DNA of 64,000 nucleotides from Longimicrobiales bacterium (GCA_965248195.1 CBDFIQ010000002.1:1760001-1824000), one strand, 5' to 3'; positions 9,472 through 20,100 are shown, counted from the first letter of the stretch. Made by a program: numbers and translations. The notes: generated by a model not told the origin, from the letters alone.

Positions 9472-10287
9472 ATGAGTATCTACCCAATGAGAGTTCGCCT
9501 ATCCACAATGCTTGCCTTGCTGCTCCTGACATCTTGTGGAGAGAGTGAGCCGACCGCACTGACCGATGCTGAAGACGATTTACCTCTCCCGCCGGTATCG
9601 ACGCTACCGCCATTCGGAGGCACGATCTTCATCGACCCGGACATCATCACGTCCTCGGACCCGACCACGTTCCAGAACCTGTCGTTCGCCGGGCAGGGTT
9701 CTCGAACGATGTTCGACCGACGGGTCAACGACTGGATCACGGTCGACGCCTACCTGTTCAACGCAAGCTTCGACGACGGGCTGGCTGCCGAGATTCAGGT
9801 GAATCCGGAGTTCGGTGGGTCCGACGCGGCACTGGCGGAGGCGGAGAAGTACGCCGAGGTGATCGGTCGATTGCCGACCGCGCTTCGCAACGATGTGGAG
9901 ACCGTTTGGATCCACAAGGGCACTCAGCCGTTCGGCGGCGGGAACAACAACCTACTCATCCACATAGGCCAAGCCGACCTCTACACGGCGGACGGCATAC
10001 TTGAGGAGACATTTGTGCACGAGGCAGCCCACACGTCCCTCGACGCGGCTCATGCCTCTGCACCTGCTTGGCTTGCCGCCCGGTCCGCCGATCCCACGTT
10101 TATCTCCACCTACGCACGGGATTTCCCGAACCGCGAGGATATCGCGGAGAGTTTCCTGCCCTATCTGGCCATCCGATACCGATCAGATCGGATCTCCCAG
10201 TCGCTTGCAAACACGATAATGCAGACGATGCCAAACCGGATTGCCTATTTCGACAATCAATCGTTCGACATGTATCCGATCGAATAA
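9472..10287 (+). CDS. Lipoprotein with zincin-like HEXXH motif (putative metallopeptidase)
   Basis: Lipobox LLTSC; FVHEAAH and downstream ISTYA…EDIAES. Confidence 0.7.
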   Translation: MSIYPMRVRLSTMLALLLLTSCGESEPTALTDAEDDLPLPPVSTLPPFGGTIFIDPDIITSSDPTTFQNLSFAGQGSRTMFDRRVNDWITVDAYLFNASFDDGLAAEIQVNPEFGGSDAALAEAEKYAEVIGRLPTALRNDVETVWIHKGTQPFGGGNNNLLIHIGQADLYTADGILEETFVHEAAHTSLDAAHASAPAWLAARSADPTFISTYARDFPNREDIAESFLPYLAIRYRSDRISQSLANTIMQTMPNRIAYFDNQSFDMYPIE

Positions 10288-10313
10288 CCCCTGGCTTCGC
10301 GTCTTCGTGGAAG
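10288..10313. repeat. 26-bp direct repeat, copy 2
   Basis: Identical to 972-997; begins immediately after stop codon of 9472..10287. Confidence 0.85.
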
Positions 10314-10738
10314 TCCTACCTGGCCGGCGGCATCATGATGAGGGTCCCCTCTCCGGCTGCTCCGCTCCCATCCGTGCAAATCCCCTCGAAGCTCCGGTCC
10401 TCCTTCCGAAGAAGCGTGCAATCGACTCGGATACCCGGCTCCCACCAGAACGTCAGCTCGTCCCCGTCGAGCCCCGCGTCACTGAATGCCACGTCCCCCA
10501 CCTGGGGGTTACTCATCGTAATTGAAAGGGCACCGTCGGTCTCACCGACCTGGTACGTGACGGGAAGGCTGGAGCCTCCGGGAAGGGATATCGAGCCCGT
10601 CCACGTGCCTCGCTCCAGCTCCTGAGCACTTACCGGTGTCGCGACCCACATCACGACCAGGGCAACCCTCTCTGCCAACGTACGTGAGACACGGAGCACG
10701 CAAAGAATTAGAGTAGGGCGAAGGCAGAGAAAACGAAC

Positions 10739-11188
10739 ATGTTGGGACTGCGAGAGAGAATGGAAGAGAATGGTAGTGCCCCTGGAATCGGGGAGGCCAA
10801 GCGAAGCGCGGCAGCTCCTGCGGACCCGGAGGTAGTAGATAGGCCGCTACGCCGGCGGTTCAGTCCATCGTACAAGCTGCGGATCGTCGAAGAAGCGGAC
10901 CGGTGCACCGAGCCCGGCGAGGTGGGTCAGCTCCTGCGGCGCGAGGGCCTGTACTCGTCGCACCTGACGACGTGGCGCAAGGCGGCGCATAGCGGGTCGC
11001 TGAAGGCCCTGTCGAAGAAACGCGGCCGCAAGCCGGAGCGGAATCCGCTGGATGAGAAGGTACGCAAGCTGGAGCGGCAAAACGCACGGCTCGAGAATGA
11101 GCTCAGGAAGGCACACCTGATCATCGACGTGCAGGGAAAAGTTGCGGGGCTGCTGGGGATAAGCCTCGACGACGGGACGAACTCTTGA
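10739..11188 (+). CDS. IS3-family transposase OrfA
   Basis: RRRFSPSYKLRIV…LLRREGLYSSHLTTWR HTH followed by coiled coil. Confidence 0.9.
   Translation: MLGLRERMEENGSAPGIGEAKRSAAAPADPEVVDRPLRRRFSPSYKLRIVEEADRCTEPGEVGQLLRREGLYSSHLTTWRKAAHSGSLKALSKKRGRKPERNPLDEKVRKLERQNARLENELRKAHLIIDVQGKVAGLLGISLDDGTNS
11134..11141 (+). promoter_or_regulatory. Putative -1 programmed frameshift site (G GGA AAA G) for OrfAB fusion
   Basis: Slippery heptamer near end of OrfA; the -1 frame is open into OrfB; same in all three copies. Confidence 0.6.
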
Positions 11189-12192
11189 AGGCGGCCGATG
11201 AGCTGGCTAAGCACGTCGGTGTAAAACCGGCGTGCGCGGCTCTCGAGGTCTCCCGATCGACGTTCTACCGTCGTCGAGGCCCATCGACCGGGCAACGGCA
11301 GCCCCGCCCGACGCCCGCCCGGGCATTGAGCGAGACGGAACGAGGCGAGGTCTTCGACACGCTGTGTTCGGAGCGGTTCGTGGACCGCTCACCCGCCGAG
11401 GTGGTGGCCACGCTGCTCGACGAAGAGGTCTACCTGTGCAGCGAACGCACGATGTATCGTGTTCTGGCCTCCGAGGTGCCGGTTCAGGAACGCCGGGCGC
11501 AGCGCACCCATCCCGAGTACAAGAAGCCCGAGTTGATGGCCACGGCGCCGAACCAGGTGTGGTCCTGGGATATCACGCGGCTACTCGGGCCGAAGAAGTG
11601 GAGCTATTACTACCTCTACGTCATCATGGACATCTACAGCCGCTACGTCGTGGGCTGGATGGTGGCGGACCGGGAGAACTCGGCCCTGGCCGGCCGGTTG
11701 ATCCAGCAGAGCTGCCTGAAGCATGGCGTCCAGCCCCGGGTCCTGACCCTGCACTCGGATCGGGGAGCTCCAATGACGAGCCAATGCACCGCTCAACTTC
11801 TCGCTGACCTCGGCGTGACTCGCTCGTTGAGCCGGCCTCAGGTGTCGGATGACAACCCGTTTTCCGAGGCTCAGTTCAAAACCTTGAAGTACCATCCCTC
11901 GTTTCCCGGGCGGTTCGGGGATCAGGGCCAGGCCAAGACGTTGTGTCGATCGTTCTTCCGCTGGTACAATGCCGAGCACCGCCATGGCGGTATCTCGATG
12001 CTAACCCCCGAGCAGGTCCACTTCGGGAACGCCGATCAGGTCATTGCCGGCAGGAAATCCGTGCTCCGCGAAGCATGGGCCGCTCATCCCGAACGCTTCG
12101 TCACAGGTGTGCCGAAGCCCAAACCGCTCCCGGAGGCCGTCTACATCAATCCTCCCATCCCTTCCCTCACCACACAGGATATTGCTCTCTAA
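11185..12192 (+). CDS. IS3-family transposase OrfB (DDE integrase core)
   Basis: PNQVWSWDIT, DIYSRYVVGW, HSDRG, DNPFSEAQFKTLK, YNAEHRH. Confidence 0.95.
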   Translation: MKAADELAKHVGVKPACAALEVSRSTFYRRRGPSTGQRQPRPTPARALSETERGEVFDTLCSERFVDRSPAEVVATLLDEEVYLCSERTMYRVLASEVPVQERRAQRTHPEYKKPELMATAPNQVWSWDITRLLGPKKWSYYYLYVIMDIYSRYVVGWMVADRENSALAGRLIQQSCLKHGVQPRVLTLHSDRGAPMTSQCTAQLLADLGVTRSLSRPQVSDDNPFSEAQFKTLKYHPSFPGRFGDQGQAKTLCRSFFRWYNAEHRHGGISMLTPEQVHFGNADQVIAGRKSVLREAWAAHPERFVTGVPKPKPLPEAVYINPPIPSLTTQDIAL

Positions 12193-12557
12193 TTAATCCC
12201 GTAGAGTGTCCCATTGTCGTTGACAGGTTCCGCAACCATTCCGAGTCCTGCGGCCGTCCTCTCCATTCCATCGCTCCCGTACGGTGAAAGGTAACGTTCG
12301 CGTTGGCGGCCCCACGGAGCAAGCAGCCCTCATAGCCTACCGGCATCCCGCACCGCAGGCTGATGTAGCATCCACTCAGGAGAGGAGCAGCGCGAGACCC
12401 CATCAGGCCCATCCAGCCATCGCACCGCCCAATGATCACGACTAACATTGTTGCATGGGCATCATGCCATGGGATCTCGGTGGCAGCGGCTTCAACACCG
12501 GTCTGCCTAAGTCCACTCGCAATCCCCGCCTCACCATCCGCTGCGAGTATCCAGAAA

Positions 12558-13933
12558 GGTCAAGTCCCGATTTGTGTGTAAAAGCGGAGGAAGCTCCTCG
12601 CCTTCGGCTAGGCTGCTTGGGCGACCTCCTGTTTCTGGAGGAGTGAGAGGTCGAGGTAACGCCGGTCGCCCCAGACGTGTGTGGTCCTGAGTGCGACGGC
12701 CGTGATGAGCCTGAGGGCGCTGGCCCGGTCCGGGAAGGCGCCGGCGGCCTTGATCCTGCGTTTGATCTCGCCGTGCAGCCGCTCGAGGCTGTTGGTGGTA
12801 CGCAGCCGGGGCCAGTGCGCCTCGGGGAACGCGTAGAACTGCGTCGCTGCCCCGAAGCCCCGCTCCAGGACCTCCACGGCCTCGGGCAGCTCCTTCTTCC
12901 AGCGTGCGCCGAACTCGCCCAGGAGCTTCTTCGCCTCGGCGAGTCCGGATGTCTGGAAGATCACCGAGACCTCACGCGCCACGCGCTTGCGTAGGCGGTG
13001 GGGGACCCTCGCCCCCACATTACGCTGCAGATGGACCGTACACCTCTGACGGCGTGCCTCGGGCAGGAAGCGGCGGACCGCAGCTGCCAGGCCTGCGTGC
13101 TCATCGGCGATCACGAGCTCGACACCGCCGAGGCCGCGGTCCTGGAGTTGCTCGAGGAGCTCCGACCAGCTCTGCTGCGACTCCTCAGCGCCCAGCGTGA
13201 CGGCCAGGAGCCGTCGGTGACCCTCAGGGCCCACTGCATACGCCACGAGCGCACTCACGTTCTCGACTTTGCGGGCCCAGCGGGCGTCCAAGAACGTGGC
13301 GTCCAGGTACAGATAGGGGTGAGGCCCCTCGATCGGCGCACGGCGCAGCCCTTCCACGGCCTCGTCGAGCCGTTTTGCCACACGACTCACCGTCGAGCGC
13401 CCAACACGCTCGCCCATCAGCGCCTCGGTGACGTCGCCCATCTTGCGCTGTGACACGCCGCTCACATACGCCTCGACCATCATCTCGTCGAGCTCGGGGC
13501 TCCTGCGCTGGTAGCGGCCGATCACGTCGGCCGGCGAACCGTTGTCCCGGCTCCGGGGCATGGCGACCTCGATCTGCCCCAGGCTCGTCAGCAGCCGCCT
13601 CAGGTATGTGCCGTTCCTATGGTCCTTCCGGCTTCCCACCCGCTCGAAGCGGCGTGCACCTACCATGGCCTTCAGCTCCTCTTCCAGCACCATCTCGAGC
13701 GTCAGCCGGATCGCGCCTTGAAACAGCTCGCGCAAATCATCGCGTAGCTCGTCTTGCGTGGCCCGACCGATCTCCACAATCTCTTGCATCGGAAGCTCCT
13801 CTCCGGTTCCGAGCCTGCTCTGCAGACCCGGACTCCCGGGTTCATGTGACAGTGAACAACAACAGAGGAGCTTCCGTTTTTCTTTCCCTCCTGTCCAGCT
13901 TATCCGCTTTTACACAAATCTAGGGACACTACC
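12558..13933 (-). mobile_element. IS256-family element A, copy 3 (no TSD)
   Basis: Reverse complement of copy 1; flanks ATCCAGAAA / AGACGCGGC do not match. Confidence 0.95.
12608..13789 (-). CDS. IS256-family transposase
   Basis: Identical protein to 4263..5444. Confidence 0.95.
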   Translation of the reverse strand: MQEIVEIGRATQDELRDDLRELFQGAIRLTLEMVLEEELKAMVGARRFERVGSRKDHRNGTYLRRLLTSLGQIEVAMPRSRDNGSPADVIGRYQRRSPELDEMMVEAYVSGVSQRKMGDVTEALMGERVGRSTVSRVAKRLDEAVEGLRRAPIEGPHPYLYLDATFLDARWARKVENVSALVAYAVGPEGHRRLLAVTLGAEESQQSWSELLEQLQDRGLGGVELVIADEHAGLAAAVRRFLPEARRQRCTVHLQRNVGARVPHRLRKRVAREVSVIFQTSGLAEAKKLLGEFGARWKKELPEAVEVLERGFGAATQFYAFPEAHWPRLRTTNSLERLHGEIKRRIKAAGAFPDRASALRLITAVALRTTHVWGDRRYLDLSLLQKQEVAQAA

Positions 13934-13957
13934 AGACGCGGCGGCCATCGCTGAACC

Positions 13958-14114
13958 AACCAGTGTCAGAACCAGTGACAAACCCCACGGTTGCTGACGG
14001 TTGCTCACGGTTGACGCGGGCTCCAGGCGCCACCTCACCTCGATAACTGTAAGTTACCTAACCACAACGCTATAGAGACGAGAGCAGGGAAGGGGGCTGT
14101 TGCTCACGGTTGAC
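13958..14114. repeat. Short direct repeats (AACCAGTG x2; ACGGTTG x4, three at 10-bp period), arm-type-like sites
   Basis: CACGGTTGCT GACGGTTGCT CACGGTTGAC at 13986-14015 and GTTGCTCACGGTTGAC at 14099-14114, next to a tRNA fragment. Confidence 0.6.
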
Positions 14115-14122
14115 CCCGAGAT

Positions 14123-14166
14123 GCTTCCCAAGCTGAGGGTCGCCGGTTCGGATCCGGTCGCCCACT
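14123..14166 (+). pseudogene. 3' half of tRNA-Gly(CCC), att-site remnant
   Basis: GC-TTCCCAA-GCTGAGGGTCGCCGGTTCGGATCCGGTCGCCC gives anticodon loop, variable region and T-arm; D-arm and 5' acceptor strand absent. Confidence 0.7.
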
Positions 14167-14179
14167 TGGGTGAAAGAAA

Positions 14180-14213
14180 AAGCCCGGTAAGGACTTAGAG
14201 CCTTGCCGGGCTT
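14180..14213. terminator. Probable bidirectional intrinsic terminator
   Basis: AAGCCCGGTAAGG / CCTTGCCGGGCTT stem, A-rich left flank and T-rich right flank. Confidence 0.7.
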
Positions 14214-14231
14214 CTTCGGGTAGAGGCTTCT

Positions 14232-15110
14232 TCAGGTAGAATCAGTTCCTGCCACCCTCGCCACCATCTCATCATCATCGTCATCGCCGACGTTTTCGTC
14301 ATCCCCGACATCTTCATCATCCCCGACATTTTCGTCGTCCCCGACATCTTCGTCATCCCCGTCATCTTCTTCATCCCCGCCATCTTCGTCCTCTTCGTCA
14401 TCCGTGACGTCTTCGTCATCTCCGACATCCCCAACTTCCCCAACATCCTCGACATCCCCGACATCCTCATCCTCTTCGTCATCCCCGCTCTCTTCGTCAG
14501 CCTCGTAATCTCCGTCGTCCTCGGCGAATAGCGGCATAGCCGTCCCCGTCGGCTCCTCCCCCGACGAGTCCACGGTGGTCACCGTCAACTCCAGGTCGAG
14601 AGCACCCGCCCGTTCCAGTAATGCCGTGATCTTCTTATGAGCAGACTGTTCTCCGTTTTGGGATACGGACAGTGCTGTTGCGCCAGCATTGTTCCTTGCA
14701 TTGATATCGATCTCAGGATGAGCGAGCAGAAGTTTGACAAGATCAACGTCACCCGAGAGAGCTGCGAACATCAGAGGTGTGCTGCCGCCCTTCCTGCCAT
14801 CGCCGGTTCCAAGAAGAGACCCTGTCTCACCGGACGACTTTCCTTCAGTCAAATGTTCCATGAGGCCTGACGCGATCGCTACGGCCAGGTCACTTTTCGT
14901 CCTCTTGTTGACGTCAGCACCTCTGTCCAAAAGGATTTTTGCTACGTCGGCCATACCGTGTGTACACGCTTGATGTAGAGGCTGCGATGATCCGTCCGCG
15001 GTCCTTGCGTCGACGGATGCACCGGTCTCGAGCAGTTTCCTCACTCGTTCCGGGTCACCTCCCTCCACTGCTTTGAAGAGCTTTTCGTCTTTTGACTTCA
15101 ATAATGCCAT
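14232..15110 (-). CDS. Ankyrin-repeat protein with long acidic tandem-repeat tail
   Basis: QPLHQAC…LLDRGADVN, TPLMFAA…LLAHPEIDINARNNAGATAL; C-terminal DDE(D/N)VG repeats. Confidence 0.9.
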   Translation of the reverse strand: MALLKSKDEKLFKAVEGGDPERVRKLLETGASVDARTADGSSQPLHQACTHGMADVAKILLDRGADVNKRTKSDLAVAIASGLMEHLTEGKSSGETGSLLGTGDGRKGGSTPLMFAALSGDVDLVKLLLAHPEIDINARNNAGATALSVSQNGEQSAHKKITALLERAGALDLELTVTTVDSSGEEPTGTAMPLFAEDDGDYEADEESGDDEEDEDVGDVEDVGEVGDVGDDEDVTDDEEDEDGGDEEDDGDDEDVGDDENVGDDEDVGDDENVGDDDDDEMVARVAGTDST

Positions 15111-15473
15111 TCCGCGCCTAACTCCTTATGAAAAACCACGTGTCCCCGGCAGACAGGTCCCACTCCAGTTTGGTGGACACCTTGAAATTGGCGCGACCAT
15201 GCGCTGGGAGGTGTCTCATGACGAAGAAGAAGCGATATAATAAATGATACCGCCCGACAGCACCAACGCGAAAGCTTTGTTTTCGTCTTTACATCGGGAT
15301 GGTGCAGTAGACAGTTTTCTTTGTTCAAACGTTGTGACAACACCGGCATTTCTTTGCCGTTGCTGGCGGTGAAGGAAAACTGAAAACGTAGTGTTTAGGC
15401 GGGTTGAGGTGCCAGTCGCTCTCCCGCAGCAGCCCGAACTAAGGAGGAAGTCACGGTGATCCGCAGAGTTTTT

Positions 15474-16930
15474 GAAGCTGTCCCAACCGTAGTTGAAGGT
15501 TCCTGATAGGGGAGAAAGAAAAGTGGTGGCTCCGGGGGTCCCGGGCCGATAGGCTCGGGTAGGCAAAAACCCCAACACGGAGCCACCACGATGAAGAGAA
15601 CGTACGAGGTAAGGGATCGGGCGGACAAGCGCGCGATCAGGGAGTTCCTGAAGCGGGAGGGGCAGTTTCTGCTTCCGATGCTTGAGCTCGTGGAGCAGAC
15701 GGAGGTCGCGATCGACGAAGTCATCCAGGTGATGGGACGAGCGACGATCGAAGCGGTGCTGGAGATGAGCGCCGAGGGTGTGGCAGGCGTGAAGCAGGCA
15801 GGTCGGTCACGAGCGGAAGACGACACGGTGTGGTATGGCCGGCAGGGTGGTGTGGTTTACCTGTCGGACCGGAAGGTGCGTGTGGAGCGGCCACGGCTCA
15901 GGCGCCGGGGCGCCGGGGAGGGTGGCGAGGTCGAGGTGCCGGCGTACGCAGCGATGCGGAGACCGGGCGCCGTGGCGGATCGGATGCTCGAGGTCCTGAT
16001 GGCGGGGGTGAGCACGCGGAAGTACGGCCGTGTGATCGGTGAGATGGCCGACACGGTCGGGGTGAGCAAGTCGGCGGTGAGCCGTGAGACGGTCGAGGCC
16101 TCGGAGCGCGTGCTGAAGGAGCTGATGGAGCGCCGGCTGGATGCGTGGGACCTCCTGGTGATCTACCTGGACGGGATCCAGATGGGCTCGCACCACGTGC
16201 TTGCTGCGGTAGGCGTGGACTCAGACGGAAAGAAGCACGTGCTGGGCGTGAGGGAAGGAGCGAGTGAGAACGCCGAGGTGACCAGCGCGCTCCTAGAGGA
16301 TCTGGTCGAGCGCGGCCTGGACCCGGGCAGGCGGCGGCTGTTCGTGATCGATGGCTCGAAAGCGCTCAGGAAGGCGATCGAGAAGGTGTTCGGCCAACGT
16401 CACCCCATCCAGCGCTGCCGCAACCACAAGCTCCGCAACGTGCTGGGTCATCTGCCGAAGGATCAGCATCCTCAGGTGAAGGCGGCGTTCCGGGCGGCGA
16501 TGAAGCTGGACGCGAAGCAGGGCGAGCAGAAGCTCGAGCAGCTCGCCCGATGGCTCGAGCGCGACCACCCCTCGGCCTCGGCCAGCCTACGCGAAGGCCT
16601 CAGCGAGATGTTCACGATCAACCGGCTCGGCCTCCCGCCGCGGCTGAGGAAGTGCCTGGGCTCGACCAACCTGATCGACAGCACCCACTCGGGCGTAAGA
16701 CAGAAGACCCGCAGGGTGACCAACTGGAAGAACGGAGCGATGGCCTTGCGCTGGGCTGCGGCCTCGTTCGTGGAGACCGAGAAGAGCTACCGGAGGATCA
16801 TCGGCTACGACCAGCTCTGGATGCTCAGGGCCCACCTCGACGACCATGAACCGGTTGCCGAAATGAGAAAGGCAGGCTAACAAGGAGACTCTCCGGAGCC
16901 ACCACCTTCAACTGTCAGCGGGACACCATC
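15474..16930 (+). mobile_element. IS256-family element C (distinct from A; no TSD; ends approximate)
   Basis: Imperfect TIRs GAAGCTGTCCC…AGTTGAAGG / GATGGTGTCCC…AGTTGAAGG. Confidence 0.85.
15591..16880 (+). CDS. IS256-family transposase
   Basis: GVSTR, VIYLDG, VIDGSKAL, QRCRNHK, STNLIDS motifs. Confidence 0.95.
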   Translation: MKRTYEVRDRADKRAIREFLKREGQFLLPMLELVEQTEVAIDEVIQVMGRATIEAVLEMSAEGVAGVKQAGRSRAEDDTVWYGRQGGVVYLSDRKVRVERPRLRRRGAGEGGEVEVPAYAAMRRPGAVADRMLEVLMAGVSTRKYGRVIGEMADTVGVSKSAVSRETVEASERVLKELMERRLDAWDLLVIYLDGIQMGSHHVLAAVGVDSDGKKHVLGVREGASENAEVTSALLEDLVERGLDPGRRRLFVIDGSKALRKAIEKVFGQRHPIQRCRNHKLRNVLGHLPKDQHPQVKAAFRAAMKLDAKQGEQKLEQLARWLERDHPSASASLREGLSEMFTINRLGLPPRLRKCLGSTNLIDSTHSGVRQKTRRVTNWKNGAMALRWAAASFVETEKSYRRIIGYDQLWMLRAHLDDHEPVAEMRKAG

Positions 16931-17086
16931 CGTACTTCCGTCGGGTGACTGCACATAAAGAAACCCCTCATAACTCCCCAGCACGGCGACATCCGTGCCG
17001 GCCTCCACGTCTTCCATCACAGGCGCGACGGGGGCTCGGGGAACAGAGCAAGGCAGACGTGCTCTCGACAAACCGGTTTCGGAGCG
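16931..17086 (-). pseudogene. Diverged fragment of the 3' end of the M23 peptidase gene (copy of 22181-22336)
   Basis: PVAPVMEDVEAGTDVAVLGSYEGFLYVQSPDGST identical at protein level with synonymous changes; 1-bp frameshift; cut by IS256-C. Confidence 0.85.
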
Positions 17087-17182
17087 TAGGAATCGGCTGC
17101 TCGTCCGGTTGCGGGGCGGCGGGTCGGTCCATAGGTTAACAGCCCTTGCCTCGGGGACCCACGCTTTTGCGGGAGGGTTAAG

Positions 17183-20100
17183 ATGCCCCGCCGTGTCCCG
17201 ATCCTTTTGGCTCTTCTCTTCATGCTGTCGTGCGACAGCGAGGCTCCTCTCACGGGTCCCGAGACGTTCGAGCCGTTCTCCGGAGTGGCGAACCTTGGAG
17301 CCTTCCTCGTCCCGAAGGTCCTCTTGCTCGACGAGGACGCGATCGGCAAGGGGTTGGCGCCGAACTCCTTCGACGAAGAGGACGTGAACGAAGGGATCGC
17401 CGACATCGAGCTTCGGGCCCAGCTCCCCTTCTTCGCCGCCCGCGCGGACCTGGACGTGCTGGACCCCGAAAGAACGATCACGCTTCATTCGGGCGAAGTG
17501 GGCGACGAGGGCTGGTTTGCTCTGACGACGACCCCGGACGCCTGGGATGCGGCTGGCCCGACAGACGACGGCCTGCGCAACTACTTCGGCAATCCGAGCC
17601 AGCCATTCCCACACGACGTTGGTCCGGGCTTGGGCTCGGGCGACGACCCAGAGGCCCTCCTGGACAAGATCGAGGGCGTCACTCCGTTACGTGCGATGGG
17701 ACTCGCGCAATTGCAAGGTCATACGGTCTGCGCCGTGGTCTACAAGAGCGACGTTTCCATCAACTACGGTCCGTTGACCGGCAGCCTCAAGGGCGACAAC
17801 CTGGGGACCGTCGCGTTTCGGGTCCTATCGGTGACGCGGCTCACGGGGTCCTCATCATCATCACTGCCGGCTGTCGAGATCTTGATGCTGGACGCTGACC
17901 TGGTCTGCGAAGGCACTTTCGGGGGGCCGCCGCCAGCGCTGACCCTCTTCGATGACGCCCCCGAGCCGATCTCCTCGTCGGAGCCGTTCGACGTGAGGCC
18001 GCCGGAGGCAGGAGCTCAGGCCGAGTGTCTCGATGAGCTTGGCAACGTGATCGACTGCGACATCGTGGTCGTGCCGGGCGAGTCGGGCGGCAGTGCAGGT
18101 GTGTTCGACGATCCGGGTGAGGTGACGCAGACGTTAGCCGGTTTCATCACGATCGATCCCAATGACGCGGTCAACGCTGCGGGAGAGCCGGTGGAAGAGT
18201 TCGAGCTCATTCTGCAGCTCGTCGAGGCGCCACCCTCTGAGGAGATACCCGTAGCACAGCAGGTACCGTTCTTCATCGATGTTGACGCGGTGGACGGAGC
18301 GGGTAACGACGTGTTCTTCGTGGAGGGCGCGTTGATCGTGCTCTGCCAGCCACCGGATCTCGATGCGACCATCCCCGATGAGCTGCACTTTTTCTTGAGG
18401 ATCTTTGCGGTCAACGACGACGGGAGCACCGAGATCCTCGAGACGACCGTCGACCCGGTGAACTGTCCGGGCGAAGCCCACGGGGGGCTCCGCACGCGTA
18501 GGCGCGCGTTCAGCGGCTTCGGGGCGACGCTGCCTACGAATCCCAGCGTGAGCACAGCGGAGGTACCCGACGGCTCGGTGGGTAGCCCAACGGTGATCGA
18601 GATCCAGGCGAGGCTCTTCTCCGACGAGCTCGGTACAGAGGATCAGATCCTGGGTGGCGACGAGGTGCTGGTGACGGTTACGGGGGCTAATACCGTGACA
18701 CTCTCTACTGAGACAGAAACCATCACGGACAACGGTGATGGCACCTACTCCGCAGAGTACCCGCCCACGGTCGGCGGAGAAGACAACGTCGACATCAAGA
18801 TCAGGAACATCGACGGGGGTCTCCTGGAGCCGATCAGTGGCAGCCCGTTCACATCAGTGGTGGCAGGGGCCGCCGCGCTCTGCAGCTTCAGTCCAGCTGC
18901 GACCATCGTGCCGTTCGAGGATCCCGCCCTGGAGGCGGCGATCAGGGACGCGCTCGAACTCGGTGCGGAGGTGGATCTCACCTGCGAGCTGGTATCTGGC
19001 GTGGGGGGTCTGGATGCGGGATCGATCCCTGGGGATCACGAGTCTGGAGGGGATCCAGAATCTCACGAACCTGACCTTTCTCGAACTCTCGGGGAACGCA
19101 GTCAGCGACCTCAGTCCGCTGAGCGGGCTCCCAAGCCTGGCCTCCCTCTTCCTCCATTTCAATTCATCCAGCGACCTCAGTCTCAGTCCGCTGAGCGGGC
19201 TCACGACCCTGAGGAACGTCGGATTCGATAACAGCTCGATCAGCGACAGCGACATCGTAGCGCTGAGCGGGCTCACGGGCCTAACCAGCCTCTTCCTCGG
19301 CCTCAACTCGATCACCGACATCAGCCCGCTGAGCGAGCTCACGAACCTGACTTGGCTCACACTCTACAGCAACGCGATCACCGACATTAGCGCCCTGGGT
19401 GGGCTCATAAGCCTAGGGGACCCCGGACCCAAATCCGAGGGTTCAGACGACCCAGACCTTGACCTCAGCAACAACCCGGACCTCGCCGATATCCAGCCTC
19501 TGCTCGACAACGTGGGGGTTGGAGCGGGCGATTTCGTCAATCTCGCCAACACGAGCGTGAGCTGCACGGATGTGGCGAGGCTGAGAGCGAAAGGAGTGGA
19601 GGTCACCTTCGCCCCCTGCGCGCCCCTGACCAACGCGATCCTCATCGACGCGTCCAAGGACGGCGGCGCCTGGTGGTTCCCGCAGCCCGACGGCAACTTC
19701 GACGCCTCCGAACCCCACCAGGGCAAGGCCCTCGCCGACTTCCTGCGGAGCCAGGGCAATGAGGTCGTGGAGGTTGGTCGCGGCGTCGAGATCACCAACG
19801 AGCTACTCGGCAGCTTCAACAAGGTCATCCGTGCGGGAGTGTTCGGGGCCTACACGGGCTCGGAACTCGCCGCCTACGACCAATACATACTGCGCAGCGA
19901 TGCCCACCTCCTTCTGACTACGGCCCTCCTGAGCGGGGGAGCGGTCGATCCTATCTCCGAGAGCATCGGGTTGCCCATGGAGGGGAGTCACACCGGTGTG
20001 ATGAGTCCGGTCGGAGCCACCGCCATCACCCAAGGTGTCGGTCCGCTCCCATACAGTCCGCCGGGAGCGGTCGTCGGCCCGGCTCCGACTGCTGCGATCA

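Larger units (their letters stand above)
10666..12232 (+). mobile_element. IS3-family element B, copy 1 (1567 bp)
   Basis: Ends defined by three-copy comparison (CCCTCTCTGCCAACG… / …CGTTGACAGGTTCCG); 3-bp TSD CAA. Confidence 0.95.
10316..12266 (-). pseudogene. Small secreted protein split in its signal peptide by IS3-family copy 1
   Basis: Removing IS plus one CAA restores MERTAAGLGMVALVVMWVATPVSAQELERGTW… in frame from ATG at 12266. Confidence 0.8.

Noticed and set aside
14195..14482. Met/Thr/Lys-rich repeat ORF
   Set aside because: Alternative frame of the acidic repeat in the ankyrin gene
16877..17614. 245-aa minus-strand ORF
   Set aside because: Mosaic of lipoprotein antisense, M23 fragment and IS end
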